From the NCBI GenBank assembly GCA_002256025.1, contig NKIB01012973.1:1-64000 (forward strand): DNA of 64,000 bases. Reading direction: 5' to 3'. The DNA comes from Asterionella formosa. Its lineage: Eukaryota. The translations under genes were made by a program, and so were the position numbers. The notes below the pieces were generated by a model that worked only from the letters and a program-made list of their open reading frames with translations, was not told the origin of the DNA and did not search any database. The stretch's first letter is position 1. Every line of letters begins with the position of its first letter. Below are positions 24,852-35,629 of the stretch, one piece after another.

Positions 24852-27800
24852 ATGGTGGACGTCTATCCCATCTTCGACCTTTTCATAGATATTCCTCATC
24901 CAGCCGCATCCTCTAGCTGTTCTCCAGCAATAGTCATCCCTTCACCAGGACCGAAACTCGCTTCCCACGCAGAACTGAGCAATGCGGAATCTCTCGGCCG
25001 CATTGCCCGCTTTGCCTTCCCTGACTTTAATGATCGAACAGACACACCCGTGCAGGGCGATTTGAATCGTTTCGATGTGTACTTTATCAAGGGATTTCAA
25101 CATCATACTTTTTCGTTGCAATTAAGTACTGGCGAACGAGTCCATGGTCATGTCCGACGCTACCTTCCATCCAAAGTGGGGAGTCGCATCGATGTAGGGC
25201 GACGTGGTGTGAGAGCGTTGGTGATGCTGACGAGGGCTAGTGGGGGTGATTCCATTGCGATTATGATGCTCAAGTAAGTGCATACATGGTGATGGATAGA
25301 TGGTCCTATTTTTAACTTGTGAAACACTGATGACATTTCATTATCCCTACAACTTTTCAGAACTGTTGAAGGCCTTCTTTCCCTCCAAGCTAGCGTCGCC
25401 AACGATCTTTGTCCGCAAGGAAATCTGCCGGAAAGATTTTTGCATATGTGTGCGCACCAGCAGGTGCAAATGGCGAAATTCTATGCTAGACTTCCCGAAG
25501 ACGAACGGAAGCCGATGATGCTCACGTGTGACAATCTAGAGTTTGGCTCGTCCAAACTTCAGGGCTTGGATACGACAAAGTTTCTCTTTCCCGCCACCTT
25601 GCTTCAACCCCCTAACGACGTCTCCCCAACGAGCAGCTTGACTTCTTCTCCTATCCTTCCATTACTTCGCTGTTTGGGAGTCCCCAACTCCCTTCGATTG
25701 TTGTCAGGATTAATGTCAGAGCGTCGCGTATTGCTCATTTCTCGATTTCCAACACGTCTTGCGATGTGCGCTCGATCAGCTCTGAGTATGTTGGCCCAAG
25801 GTCTCCTAAGTTGGCAACACCTTTATATTCCTGTCCTCCCACCTCACCTGCTCCAGTACCTTCAGGCACCAATGCCTTATTTGATCGGGGTTTTGGCTAC
25901 CTTACTTCCATCTGTCAATGCGATGCAGGATGTAGGCGAAGTGTTGATTATTAACCTGGATCAAAATGCATTGGAAACGAGGGGTATTCCCCAGAACTTG
26001 ATTAGTACTAGGATTCCTGATTTGTTTCGTGGCTCCATGAGAGATGAATCACTTCCATGTGAGGGTTTGTTTTTTGCTGTCTCTCTTATTTGTACCATTT
26101 TTATGCTATAGTTCTAACAACCCTAACCCTCTGCTGATCAAAAACAGACCCTGCCTCGGCTGAGACGTCGGCGTCGGAAATTCTAGCGCATGAGTTGGTG
26201 GAATTGCTCAAGATGGACAAGCGGGCCATATTTGGGGAATCTACCTTAGGTAACACGGCAGAAACTGCCGCGAAGGTTGCGAAGGTGGCCTCGAAACACA
26301 TTAAATCAGCATTTGGCAAGTTGCGAAATAAGGGAAAAGCGATCATTTCAGGTGACAAACAGTCTTTTGGATCTGATACGGAACAGGACGAGGTTTCCGG
26401 TCAGCCACATGCGGTCACCGATGATGAAGTTTATACTGAAGGTTGTCAGAATGAGCTGGGAGAGGAGGAGGCAAGAGTGGCCTTTTGTTCGTTTTATTTG
26501 TGCGTCATGGGTGATATGCGTTGGTATTTAAGCACAAATCCTCCTGGTCAGACGCCTACTTTGGATCGCGAACGCTTCATGCAGCAAAAGCGACAATTGG
26601 GCAATGGGGAAGGCTCACCTATGTTTCCTTTGTTGGAAAATATGTGTCAATCCCAAATGTTTGAGCAGTTTGTTAATGCTCGCGTCGAAGAGATTCGTAT
26701 GCGGATTCCGGTATCAAAGGACTCGCCCTTGTTTTTGGTTTGTGCCAATTATCATCGTCAACATCAAATTGATTTTTCTGTTACAAACGTCAGGCGTGTA
26801 TCTCGGCAAGTGGCGCAAGTCAATCCGTCCCGTCTCATGTCGCAGGCAAACGCCAGTGCGAGGCGAAATGCCATGTTATTGACTTCGAACAAGGTATATG
26901 AAGGTGATCAGGGCAGAGCTGTAGCCGAATTGGTGGAGGCTTGTCACGAAACCAGCATTTTGATGGATGTCATGTCTGTAATTTGGATGCGTCTTCGTGA
27001 TTGTAAAGGTATGAACTGGAAGCATGGATTGACAAGTTTGCAAATTCTTCGCAATCTTTTGTTCCATGGTCCAATTGCAGCAATTCCCGAAGCAACAGAT
27101 GGCATGGAACAAATTCGTATGCTCAAGGCCTACCAGAACCAGTTGCGTGGATCTGCAACCCACCAAGTACAACAAGCAGCAAATGAAGTTTATGACTTGT
27201 TGGTGGACCGTTCTAAGTTGTTTGCTTTGCGACGTGCTTGTGCCAATCGCCGTCGGCAGTTGAATGAACCAATGAAAGAAACTCCTCGGAGGGATCGCAA
27301 TCTTCGCATTACAGCTCCTTTCCGTAGTTTGCACCCATATCTGCACCCCCAAAATACCAATCGGCGAGTGACCCCAGCCCCCAGTCAGGCGATCCCACAA
27401 AACACGAGACAAGTTGCTGCAACGCAGGACAGCAATGGATTGGGTCAGCAGCATAATTTAGCCCATGGAATGACACCAGCAACTATTGATTTTTTGGGTG
27501 CTCCACCAGCTCCTGTACAACACATGGCTCCTCTACGGCAACAAACCATGCAAGACATGCTTGGTGTCTTGTCCATCTCGTCACCTCCACCTCAGCAAGG
27601 AGTACCTTATGTAGATCCGTTTGCTCCCGTTTTCCATGAGGGTAATCAAGTTCCTCGGCAAGAAACTTTTGATCCATTTGCTCCTGCCCATCAAGTAGCC
27701 CGATCAGTCCAGCAAAGTCTTGCTCCGCAGCAAACCCAGCCATTTGCGTTTGCTCCACCTACAACTCAACCTCCTCCTGTTCATGGTCAGCCTCATCTAC

Positions 27801-28018
27801 CTCCTCAACCAAAAATGTATCCTGGATTCGAACCTACTTTTGCTCAGATCCCCGCACATCAGCATTATCAGCAGCCACCTCATCCACCCCAGCATTCTGG
27901 TACTTATCCTCATCAACCGAACCTTTTTGCTGTTTCTCATCAAGCGCCTCCACAGCAGCAGCAGCAGCAAGCCAACGTGCAACAGTTTGACCCATTGCGA
28001 AAGGACCCGTTTGGATAG
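24852..28018 (+). CDS. DENN-domain protein (uDENN-cDENN-dDENN) with ENTH-like domain and P/Q-rich DPF tail; exons 24852-25273, 25361-26058, 26148-28018 (996 aa)
   Basis: IARFAFP, ERVHGHVRR, LMSERRVLL, WQHLYIPVLP..LL.YL.APMPYLIG, SQMFEQFV. ENTH-like IW.RL....GMNWKHGLTSL.IL.NLLFHG. Two GT-AG introns keep the frame. Confidence 0.9.
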
Positions 28019-28484
28019 ATTCCTTTACATAACTTTAAGATGCCACTTCATTCGCCAGAAATACAAAGCATTAATCCATTTTAAATTGTGCAAAATGTTG
28101 TGCATATGCAGGTGGAAAGACCCAAAACTTGGTAATGTAGCTATTATTGGTTAAATTGCCTACTTGAAATGTTTTTGTACTCAAAACCACCGCGAAAATT
28201 GTAGACTGACTAGCATGTATAGGAGAAAACCAATATTTCAGCAAGAAATATACTATGAGCCAAATAAGTTCAGTCTGACAGACTCAACATTCTGGTTGAA
28301 AATCAACTGGAAATCCAAATCAGTTCGATTTTCCACAACAACTACAGGACACTGTGCGACACGAGTGTCCCCATGTAGCCAACAATTTAACCTGAAAAAT
28401 GAAATGATCGCCTATGCTAGTTCTTTAAATTGCTTAGATGCGAACTTTTGGTACTCTTAGAACTCTTGACACCTAGAATGTAAT

Positions 28485-28556
28485 GAGAGCCTTCGGGTTA
28501 TGGCCTTTGTTGGTCCCCGGCAGTGATTTGCACTACTTACCAATCAGCTAATATAG
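28485..28556 (+). ncRNA. Degenerate HDV-like ribozyme candidate
   Basis: Order P2(ttatg)-P3(gcc)-loop-P3'(ggt)-cccc-GG-P4(tgatt..caatca)-GCTAA-P2'(tatag), preceded by a C(UUCG)G hairpin. L3 and P1 are imperfect. Confidence 0.4.
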
Positions 28557-29700
28557 ATGAACTAATCTTTAGGTTCATAATTTACAATTCTCGCTCAATA
28601 TCAAACAACCACCTACTTTTAACCTGACAATCTTAGGGCGCTCCTTTTGCCGATTCCTTCTCTACTCTCCTTCACACTCAATTTGCTCTGTTAGAACTAC
28701 TGATACCTCCACAGCTAAAACCAGCCAAATCAGCCCCAAGCACATGTCATCTACTACTTCTCACAGAGCCTTCTTCAAGTGAATGCCTATTACTCCTCCC
28801 AAGACCTTCCCCTCCTTCTCTACCACTTCCAATTACCCTGTATTCACCTGGGAGAACCCCATCCCCTCTGAAAATTCCAATAAAGTGTCCTATATTGCCG
28901 CCACCCACAATCCATCCCCTCTGAACATTCCAATAAAGTGTCCTCTACTGCTGCCACCCACACTCTCTGCCATTAGGCACCAAAGGCAGGAATTTTCTCA
29001 GATCTCTCTACTGCCTTGACTACCCAAGGGTCTCCACTCTCAACTCCTAATCCAGCATCAGAATCATCATTCCATCAAATCTTGAATTGTCGCTGCTCCT
29101 ATTCCACTCAATTGTACCTTAGACAAAGTCGATGTCAGTACCGTCATGACCTCCTTTCAACAACAATATGCTTCCATTCTTGTACTTCTTCTATCCTTTT
29201 GATTACCAGAAAATCAAATAATTTGCCTTCTTGCAAAGTTCCATCATTCCTTCAGCTATCCTCATCCTCGGCTTGCAAGCTAATTTTCCATCTCCCCTTC
29301 CCTCTCTATCTATTTTCTCCTCTGATACACTGCATAAAATATCTATTCAAGTTTTTCTCCAGGCCTGCTTCAAAGCTGTTGTGTTGACTAATTTTGTCAG
29401 TAAAACAGCAAATTTGCCATCTATCATAAGCTGCTATGCTACTTTCTCTCTCAATCATGACTATCTGTTCTCTCACTTTCTCCAACATAGTATTCTGAGT
29501 GCCACATGGGCTCCTTGCCTGACTCACACCAAATACTATTTCACAAAGAACAAAAAATCTTTCATATGCTAAGAGCTACATGCGCTCCTTGTCCAACTCC
29601 GATTTCTTAAAATTATCAATCTGGGCCCTCTGGGCCCCAGCGCAACCCGACAAACTCCACAACAGTTGAGGCTCTATAATGAGTTTTTTAATTATTAGCA
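28557..29700 (+). mobile_element. Heavily decayed LINE-like remnant whose 3' end matches the SINE tail
   Basis: C/T-rich strand. Internal duplication 28861-28892 / 28914-28944. 3' end ggccctctgggccccagcgcaac...ctccacaac..ttgag.ctctataat + T-rich tail resembles the 3' end of SINE 17664-17894. Confidence 0.5.
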
Positions 29701-30869
29701 ATTATGCACTACATACAGGTATCATGTTGTTAATGCTCGGAATGTGAAAAGGGAACACGTTTCACTTAGGGGTGTCATGTAGAGACACTGTGTGTATTGT
29801 GTATGTCTCTGCGGTTAGAGTAAGAACAAATATAGCTGGTGAAGTAGTGGAGCCTATGAGGTTAATGGTATATAGGGCTTATACCATCTAATGAATTATG
29901 TCCAACATGGGAATTCGTGTTTACTTTTTTGACTATATATCTAGCAAATCAATAATCATTTCTATCAATGATAAGAAAATTTTTCCAGCTAAATTTACAT
30001 GACTCTTTTTGTTTAATAAAAAGAATATCGAAAGAAATCAACAATTTTTGTATCATCATCATTGAAATTGACAGTATATCAGGGTTGGTTTCATGACATG
30101 CTGGTACTCGCTGCATTATAATGTCCTACCCCAATGCTGTTACTATGTTTAGACAATGCTCAACACATGCATGTTGTACTTACGATCATACGCACTATGT
30201 GAAGATTGTCTGTACAGCTCTATTGACAGTAGTTCAGTAGCTAAAGTAAAGGTACTGGTACCGGTAGGTTGTGCATCTCAACTTTTGCATGGTTCCATAC
30301 ATATCCAGCCATACGTAGGACAACTGGTACCAGTTCAAATTATACTAATATTTAGTGTACCGGAATATTATATATGTTTCACATCGTTGAGTCTGCGGTG
30401 ACTAGCTTGATAACATGAATTAGATAATTGTGTCTATCTTCTGTACAAATAGATGAGAAAACTTGCGAGATAGAAATCTTGGAGCCCGCAACATCACAGA
30501 ATGCAAGAAAATACCTCAATGTGACTAGGCGTATGTTATGGCCTTTGAACCAGTAAATTCAAAGGGGAATGCTTGTAGTGTTGGCTACACCTACTAGTCT
30601 GTGGTAGTGTCTACCGATGCTGAGCATACTTTTAGCGAAAAGAGGTACACTGAATTTTTTGGCATTAAATTTGCAGATTTTTGCAAGACAACCGTACTAT
30701 CAGTAATAATTATTGAAGAACATGTTATGAATTGTTGGTGATGGTAAAACAAGCATCAAATAGATGAGAATGATTGTAACATGCAATATCAATAAAAATT
30801 GAACATGATGCTTGGAGCAACCAGAGTATGATGGGTAATGTGATAATTAGCGTCATGTGAGAAAGAAAA

Positions 30870-31140
30870 ATTGCTTTGTATTAGAAATGAAGTAAAATAC
30901 ATAAGTTTCTGAAACATAAGAATTGTAGTAGTAGTACTTACACAGGCAGCATTGACTTCCATCACACAATTGAAAGACGAAGTAACAAAGATAAGAAATA
31001 GAACCCCAGAAACCAATTGAGATTTGCATCATGCTATAGAGTAGATGATTTGGTCGTTGGAACCATTCACATAGCTGTAGCCTGCTGATAGTAGAATCAA
31101 AATAGCAGTCGTCCTTCTGACCCAACCAAACAACCCTGAC
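30870..31140. repeat. Dispersed repeat, inverted copy at ~59879-60150
   Basis: Shared blocks tgtgtgatgga(a)agtcaatg.tgcctgtgtaagtactac and tcagggttgtttggt. Confidence 0.8.
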
Positions 31141-31299
31141 CCCGGCTCCAATATCCTACATTTACAATCCTGACCCTCTCGGCTGCAGTGCAACCCAAAG
31201 AGCTCCAGAATTGTCAAGACTCTATAATGCGTATTTGAAAATTTCCTTCTTTGTACTTAAAAGATCAGCAACAATTTATCGTCAAAGAGTAGTCATTGA

Positions 31300-34200
31300 T
31301 ACATTGGCTCTTATGTAAATATTTACAATCAAACCAAAACGACAGTATGGAACGAAAACAAATGACGGCAGCAATCAAAACAGAGAATAGAAGCAATCAA
31401 ATCACAAATTGTACGAATAGCATCTACCCAGCCACCACATTCTTTACTTCAGTGCTATACTCACCGATCCACAGTAACTGGCATGACAGGCTGCACATAC
31501 TTCCTCCGTTGTTTCAATTTTTGCAAGCAAATCGAATTCCAGTTTGAAAAGCGTCATCCGTTGCAAAATGCCAGTTATCCGTGCTCCTGCTCTATGTCTT
31601 GCCGGCCAATCCACCATTTCGAAGATTCTCTTGGTATCCCATCCATTCCGAGCGCATATAAGTTGTTCTAAAGATCCCCGATAACTAGCTTCTCGTATTG
31701 CCCTTGAAACATGACCCGTGATCCACTGACCTTGAACAAACAAAGTGGCTCTGTGTCCTGGAGGTAGAATATACTTCTTTGTAGCATCGCTTTTACACCT
31801 TGTGTATGTTCTAGCCTGATTTGCCAATGAGTCCCCGTCGCAATTCAGTTTTGCTTCCCATGAGAGCTTAATGTAGGCTATCTCCAAATCTTGATGGGAT
31901 TTTACATGGTGTGGAATAATCATGATGTTATGTTTCTTGGAGATTTGCATGGCCGCTTGGAGGAGATCATAATCAGGGGCTAGGGTCTTGGATGATTCGC
32001 TATGCCGCCATTTTTGAACACGAGATATGAGTGCCTTATTCCAGCCCTGAGTTGCATCGTTGCTGCCCTGTAGATATCCGTCAGATGCCATGACAACCTT
32101 TCCCTCTAACAATGCCTGCTGGAAGATTGCCACATGGGTTGGAAAGGCTAAATCCCCTAGCGCCATGAAAAGCGCCGGATGGAGTGCCTGAATGTACTCC
32201 TTGATGGTGGGTGTTCTTAATGTGTTTGAAGCAGGTGTGATGGTTGTAGGTACTGCCTGTGGTATTCCGGAAAGCTCTATGATTGTTGATGATTGTGACG
32301 AAATGGTGACTGGAGACAGTTGAGAAGGACACATAAACGCTATTATGCTGGAGGGTTGGAATGTGCAAGGGGTGTGACCCTGATCATATATCCTAAATAG
32401 CCCACTTTCAGTTTGTTCGATCAATCGATGTGTTTCCTGATCCAGGTGGAAAGTCTAATGCTGGTGCTTGGGAGGGGAGAGCCAGTTCCTCAATGGAATA
32501 AATAGCCGCCTGGACCGAGTGCATAATGTCCTATAAAGTGTTTTACGCCACAGGCCCCATGCAAGAGGAGATGGTCGCTGCTGCAGTGGCCACCTGTATG
32601 AACTCTTCCTGTCAGGATGACGATTCCCTTTGAAGATATTATTAGTAATAAATCTTCCTGTTGCGTCACTTATGTCTGCAACTGTGACCACCTGAAGGAA
32701 TTGCCTACATGTATTTAATCGTTTCAATTCCCTGGGAGCGAGTTTCCAGCCAGGATATGTCCATATGGACATGAGGTTTTTGTCCTGAGCCCGCTGTTCA
32801 CCCTATTCCCAACAGTCCTCAAGGTGAACCTGACCCTTAATTGAATAAATGAATTCCCAGACATTTGTCAACCAAGATGGCTCTACATAACGTAAGAATT
32901 GATGTGGATCATAAGTCATGGGAAGAAGGGGCAAGCCAATGATCAATTGTAAATTTTCCAGCAAGATTTGAAGCAAGATTCCAATCTCGTCTTGATGACG
33001 CATATGACTGAGAAACATCTGCACTTGACTGATTTACTGATCTGTATATGTATCAGTAAAGCCAAAGCACCCCAAAGATGGAGGACCAAAGAAAAGAAGT
33101 CGTTTTGTTTTGGCATTGAATCCCATCCTGGGTAGCAATGTAGGAAGAAATGACCTGTCAATCTTTGCGCACTCCTGTGCGGTGAATGTGGTTCCGCATA
33201 AGGGATATTTCATGGATGGTCGGAGTATGGTTTTATAAGCAATCGTCACTTCGTGCCGTTGAAGCTGTGATGCTGACATATTCTGACTCAGTATCCGACC
33301 TTTTTGGATCAAGTGAGACATCTCGTCCACATTGTTTCCACTGGGTGCCAACCGAGCACCAAGATTGCGGGGGCCATCACTAGACTTGCGCTGGGTAATT
33401 GCTGTGTGAACGTCGATGTTATCTCCAGAGTATAACGCAATGTCTAAGGCCAACTCTTTGTTTGTTTTGAGGTGATATTGGTCATGAACGACTTTCCAAT
33501 CCATTGCAACAAAGAAGCATATTTCTAGTGCTAAGGCACCCCCTGTTGTATAGAGGAGTTGCTCCCAGTATTGAGCAATGTGTTGCATTTCATATGTTTC
33601 TGCAGCCCGCGTTATGATAGTAACCATGCGAAGAAACTGAGCATCTTCAAAGTCCGAATTTGCATCTAACATTAAAATAATTTCGTCCCCTGCATCCTGG
33701 AAATTTGTGAGCTGAACTGATAAATCTATCCAAAATTGCGCCCTGGGATTGACAGGTGATGCCTTGTTCTGTGCCCGCAGAAACCTCCACTGTTGCATAT
33801 ATGCCGTTTCCATTCCCAACCCCTTAGCCGATTTCTGACTCACTTGATATGCAGTGAAGATCGTTAAATGGCACTGTTCATAAAATTTAAAGCGTTGTCA
33901 TGCCCATCTACCCATGTCTTCATCTGAACCACTCTGTGTCAATCTAGACCCCATTGTATTAGTAGCCATCATGCTACTACATCCCCCTCTTTGCAAAATA
34001 GTAGATGTGCCTTCATTACAGGAAGAATGAGAAAAGTTCAAATGTTTGTACCCTTGTTGCAATTTCTGCTCCCATGAGTCCCGGAACCTTGTATTCTTCC
34101 AATTGACATTTGTCTCACTCATCCCAAAAATATGCCCTCGGAGGCGCTTCATGTTTTGTTGGATCTTGGCGTGGACCATACTGGATTGTGTAATGCCATT

Positions 34201-34440
34201 CACATTCTGGAAAATTATTCGAATTGTATCACCACTTATTAGAGAGAGTTCATCTCCCCATGAGCCTTGGAAGTCGCTGGATTCTATAACATTTGGCCTT
34301 CCAGACCTTCGCGCATTAGGGTGACAGATATGTTCTCCTCCTATTCTGAGTGCACATGACGCCCTATTTTGATTTTGTGTTGTAGCTTGTGGTTGGACAT
34401 GAGTTTCTTCGATTCCTTGTGATGGTGAATGGTACATGTA
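31300..34440 (-). mobile_element. Decayed Ambal-like LINE ORF2: APE endonuclease, partial RT, RNase H
   Basis: RIIFQNVNGI, GMSETN.NW, ILMLDAN (APE). QYWEQLLYTTGGALALE, RNLGARLAPSGN (RT 3' part). MASDG, HVKSHQD, LNCDGDSLA (RNase H). Confidence 0.92.
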
Positions 34441-35259
34441 ATTATGTGATTAATTTTCAGTCATCGGCTGTGCTCACATAATTACATGCACCATACCAAA
34501 GCATAATCATGCTTTGTGTTTTGCGTGCTTTGACTCAAATGACTCAATTATATTTCCGTTGTTATGGAAATGGCAGATTCCTCAACCCATGAGGCCTCGT
34601 TTTGCAATCTCTCCATCGGAAGTACTCCACAACAAGCCCTGCTATCGATGGTGAGAAGCGCGCCAATTGGAACGGGTCAGGACGATCAACAATTGAAATT
34701 CGCATACGGCTTTTTGAACAACAAGCGATTTTCCGTGTTGACTTTTTTAGTCGCGGAAAATGTCGAAAAATTCCTCAATACACGGGGGTTGGGCAATCTA
34801 AAATATTTGAAAGTGCAATCAACGAGTGGTACCAGGTACCACACGTATGATGTCCAATTATAAATCATATATTGGTACCCGCACTGGATATAGTACCGGC
34901 CTACCGGTAAACTCAAAGAAATGTTACATGTGTATCCAATGTGGCCGGTGTGGGTTTGCAATTCCTCTCACAATCAAACAGAGTCGAGTATTTCGCCAAA
35001 GCCAATCAGTACATATATAATACTGCGCGCACTTGCAATGGAATTTTTGGTACTGGAAATTTTACGACTGCATATTGCATCACAAGACTACCATTCCAAT
35101 GATGACGTTTTGGCGCTAAGTGATTCTGATTCCGATGAATCGGAGGCCATAGAAAAGGCCGATTTTGTCGAATTTTTGGACAACGATAGCTCAACGTTGG
35201 CTAGGTCTGAAGCCGAGTTAGATATATAGGTAACCTTCAAATAGCATCAGTATATAACT

Positions 35260-35388
35260 TCTGGCGAGAAACTGCAGAAAGGAACTTCGGTTTTTTGACT
35301 ATGCCAAATAAAGTGATTTTCCCTGAAATTTCTAGTCTTTATAGCATATTTAAAAAACCGAAGTTCCTTTCTGCAGTTTCTCGCCAGA
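35260..35388. mobile_element. Miniature foldback/MITE: perfect 37-bp inverted repeat with 55-bp spacer
   Basis: tctggcgagaaactgcagaaaggaacttcggtttttt (35260-35296) and its exact reverse complement (35352-35388). Confidence 0.8.
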
Positions 35389-35575
35389 TCCTATATCTGA
35401 CGATATATAGCGTTGACCTGTGCCCCTACTTTTGTCAATGACTGTATCTAAGCATATGGAAAGGGTTTATATTGGTGAAAGCTCCGTTTAGCGATACACA
35501 TTTATGTTTTACTTGTAAGAAGTGTGTGTTTGAGTACTCTGACTCAGTATTACTTTTTTAACCCTACCTCTAAAC

Positions 35576-35600
35576 TAGGGTTGAAATGCAGGAACCTTAA
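35576..35600 (+). repeat. hAT-like terminal sequence, identical copy at 59200-59224
   Basis: TAGGGTTGAAATGCAGGAACCTTAA at both sites. Confidence 0.75.
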
Positions 35601-35629
35601 ACTAACATTTCAATCTGGGATAAAGATTG

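Noticed and set aside
26119..26130. Telomeric repeat (aaccctaaccct)
   Set aside because: Only two units, inside an intron near the branch-point region.
26876..27454. Antisense ORFs overlapping DENN, CPR, LSMT and MYST
   Set aside because: Shadow frames of real CDSs with no independent motifs.
29767..30103. hAT MITE (taggggtgtcatg ... catgacatgctg)
   Set aside because: Only ~7 bp of TIR match and no TSD.
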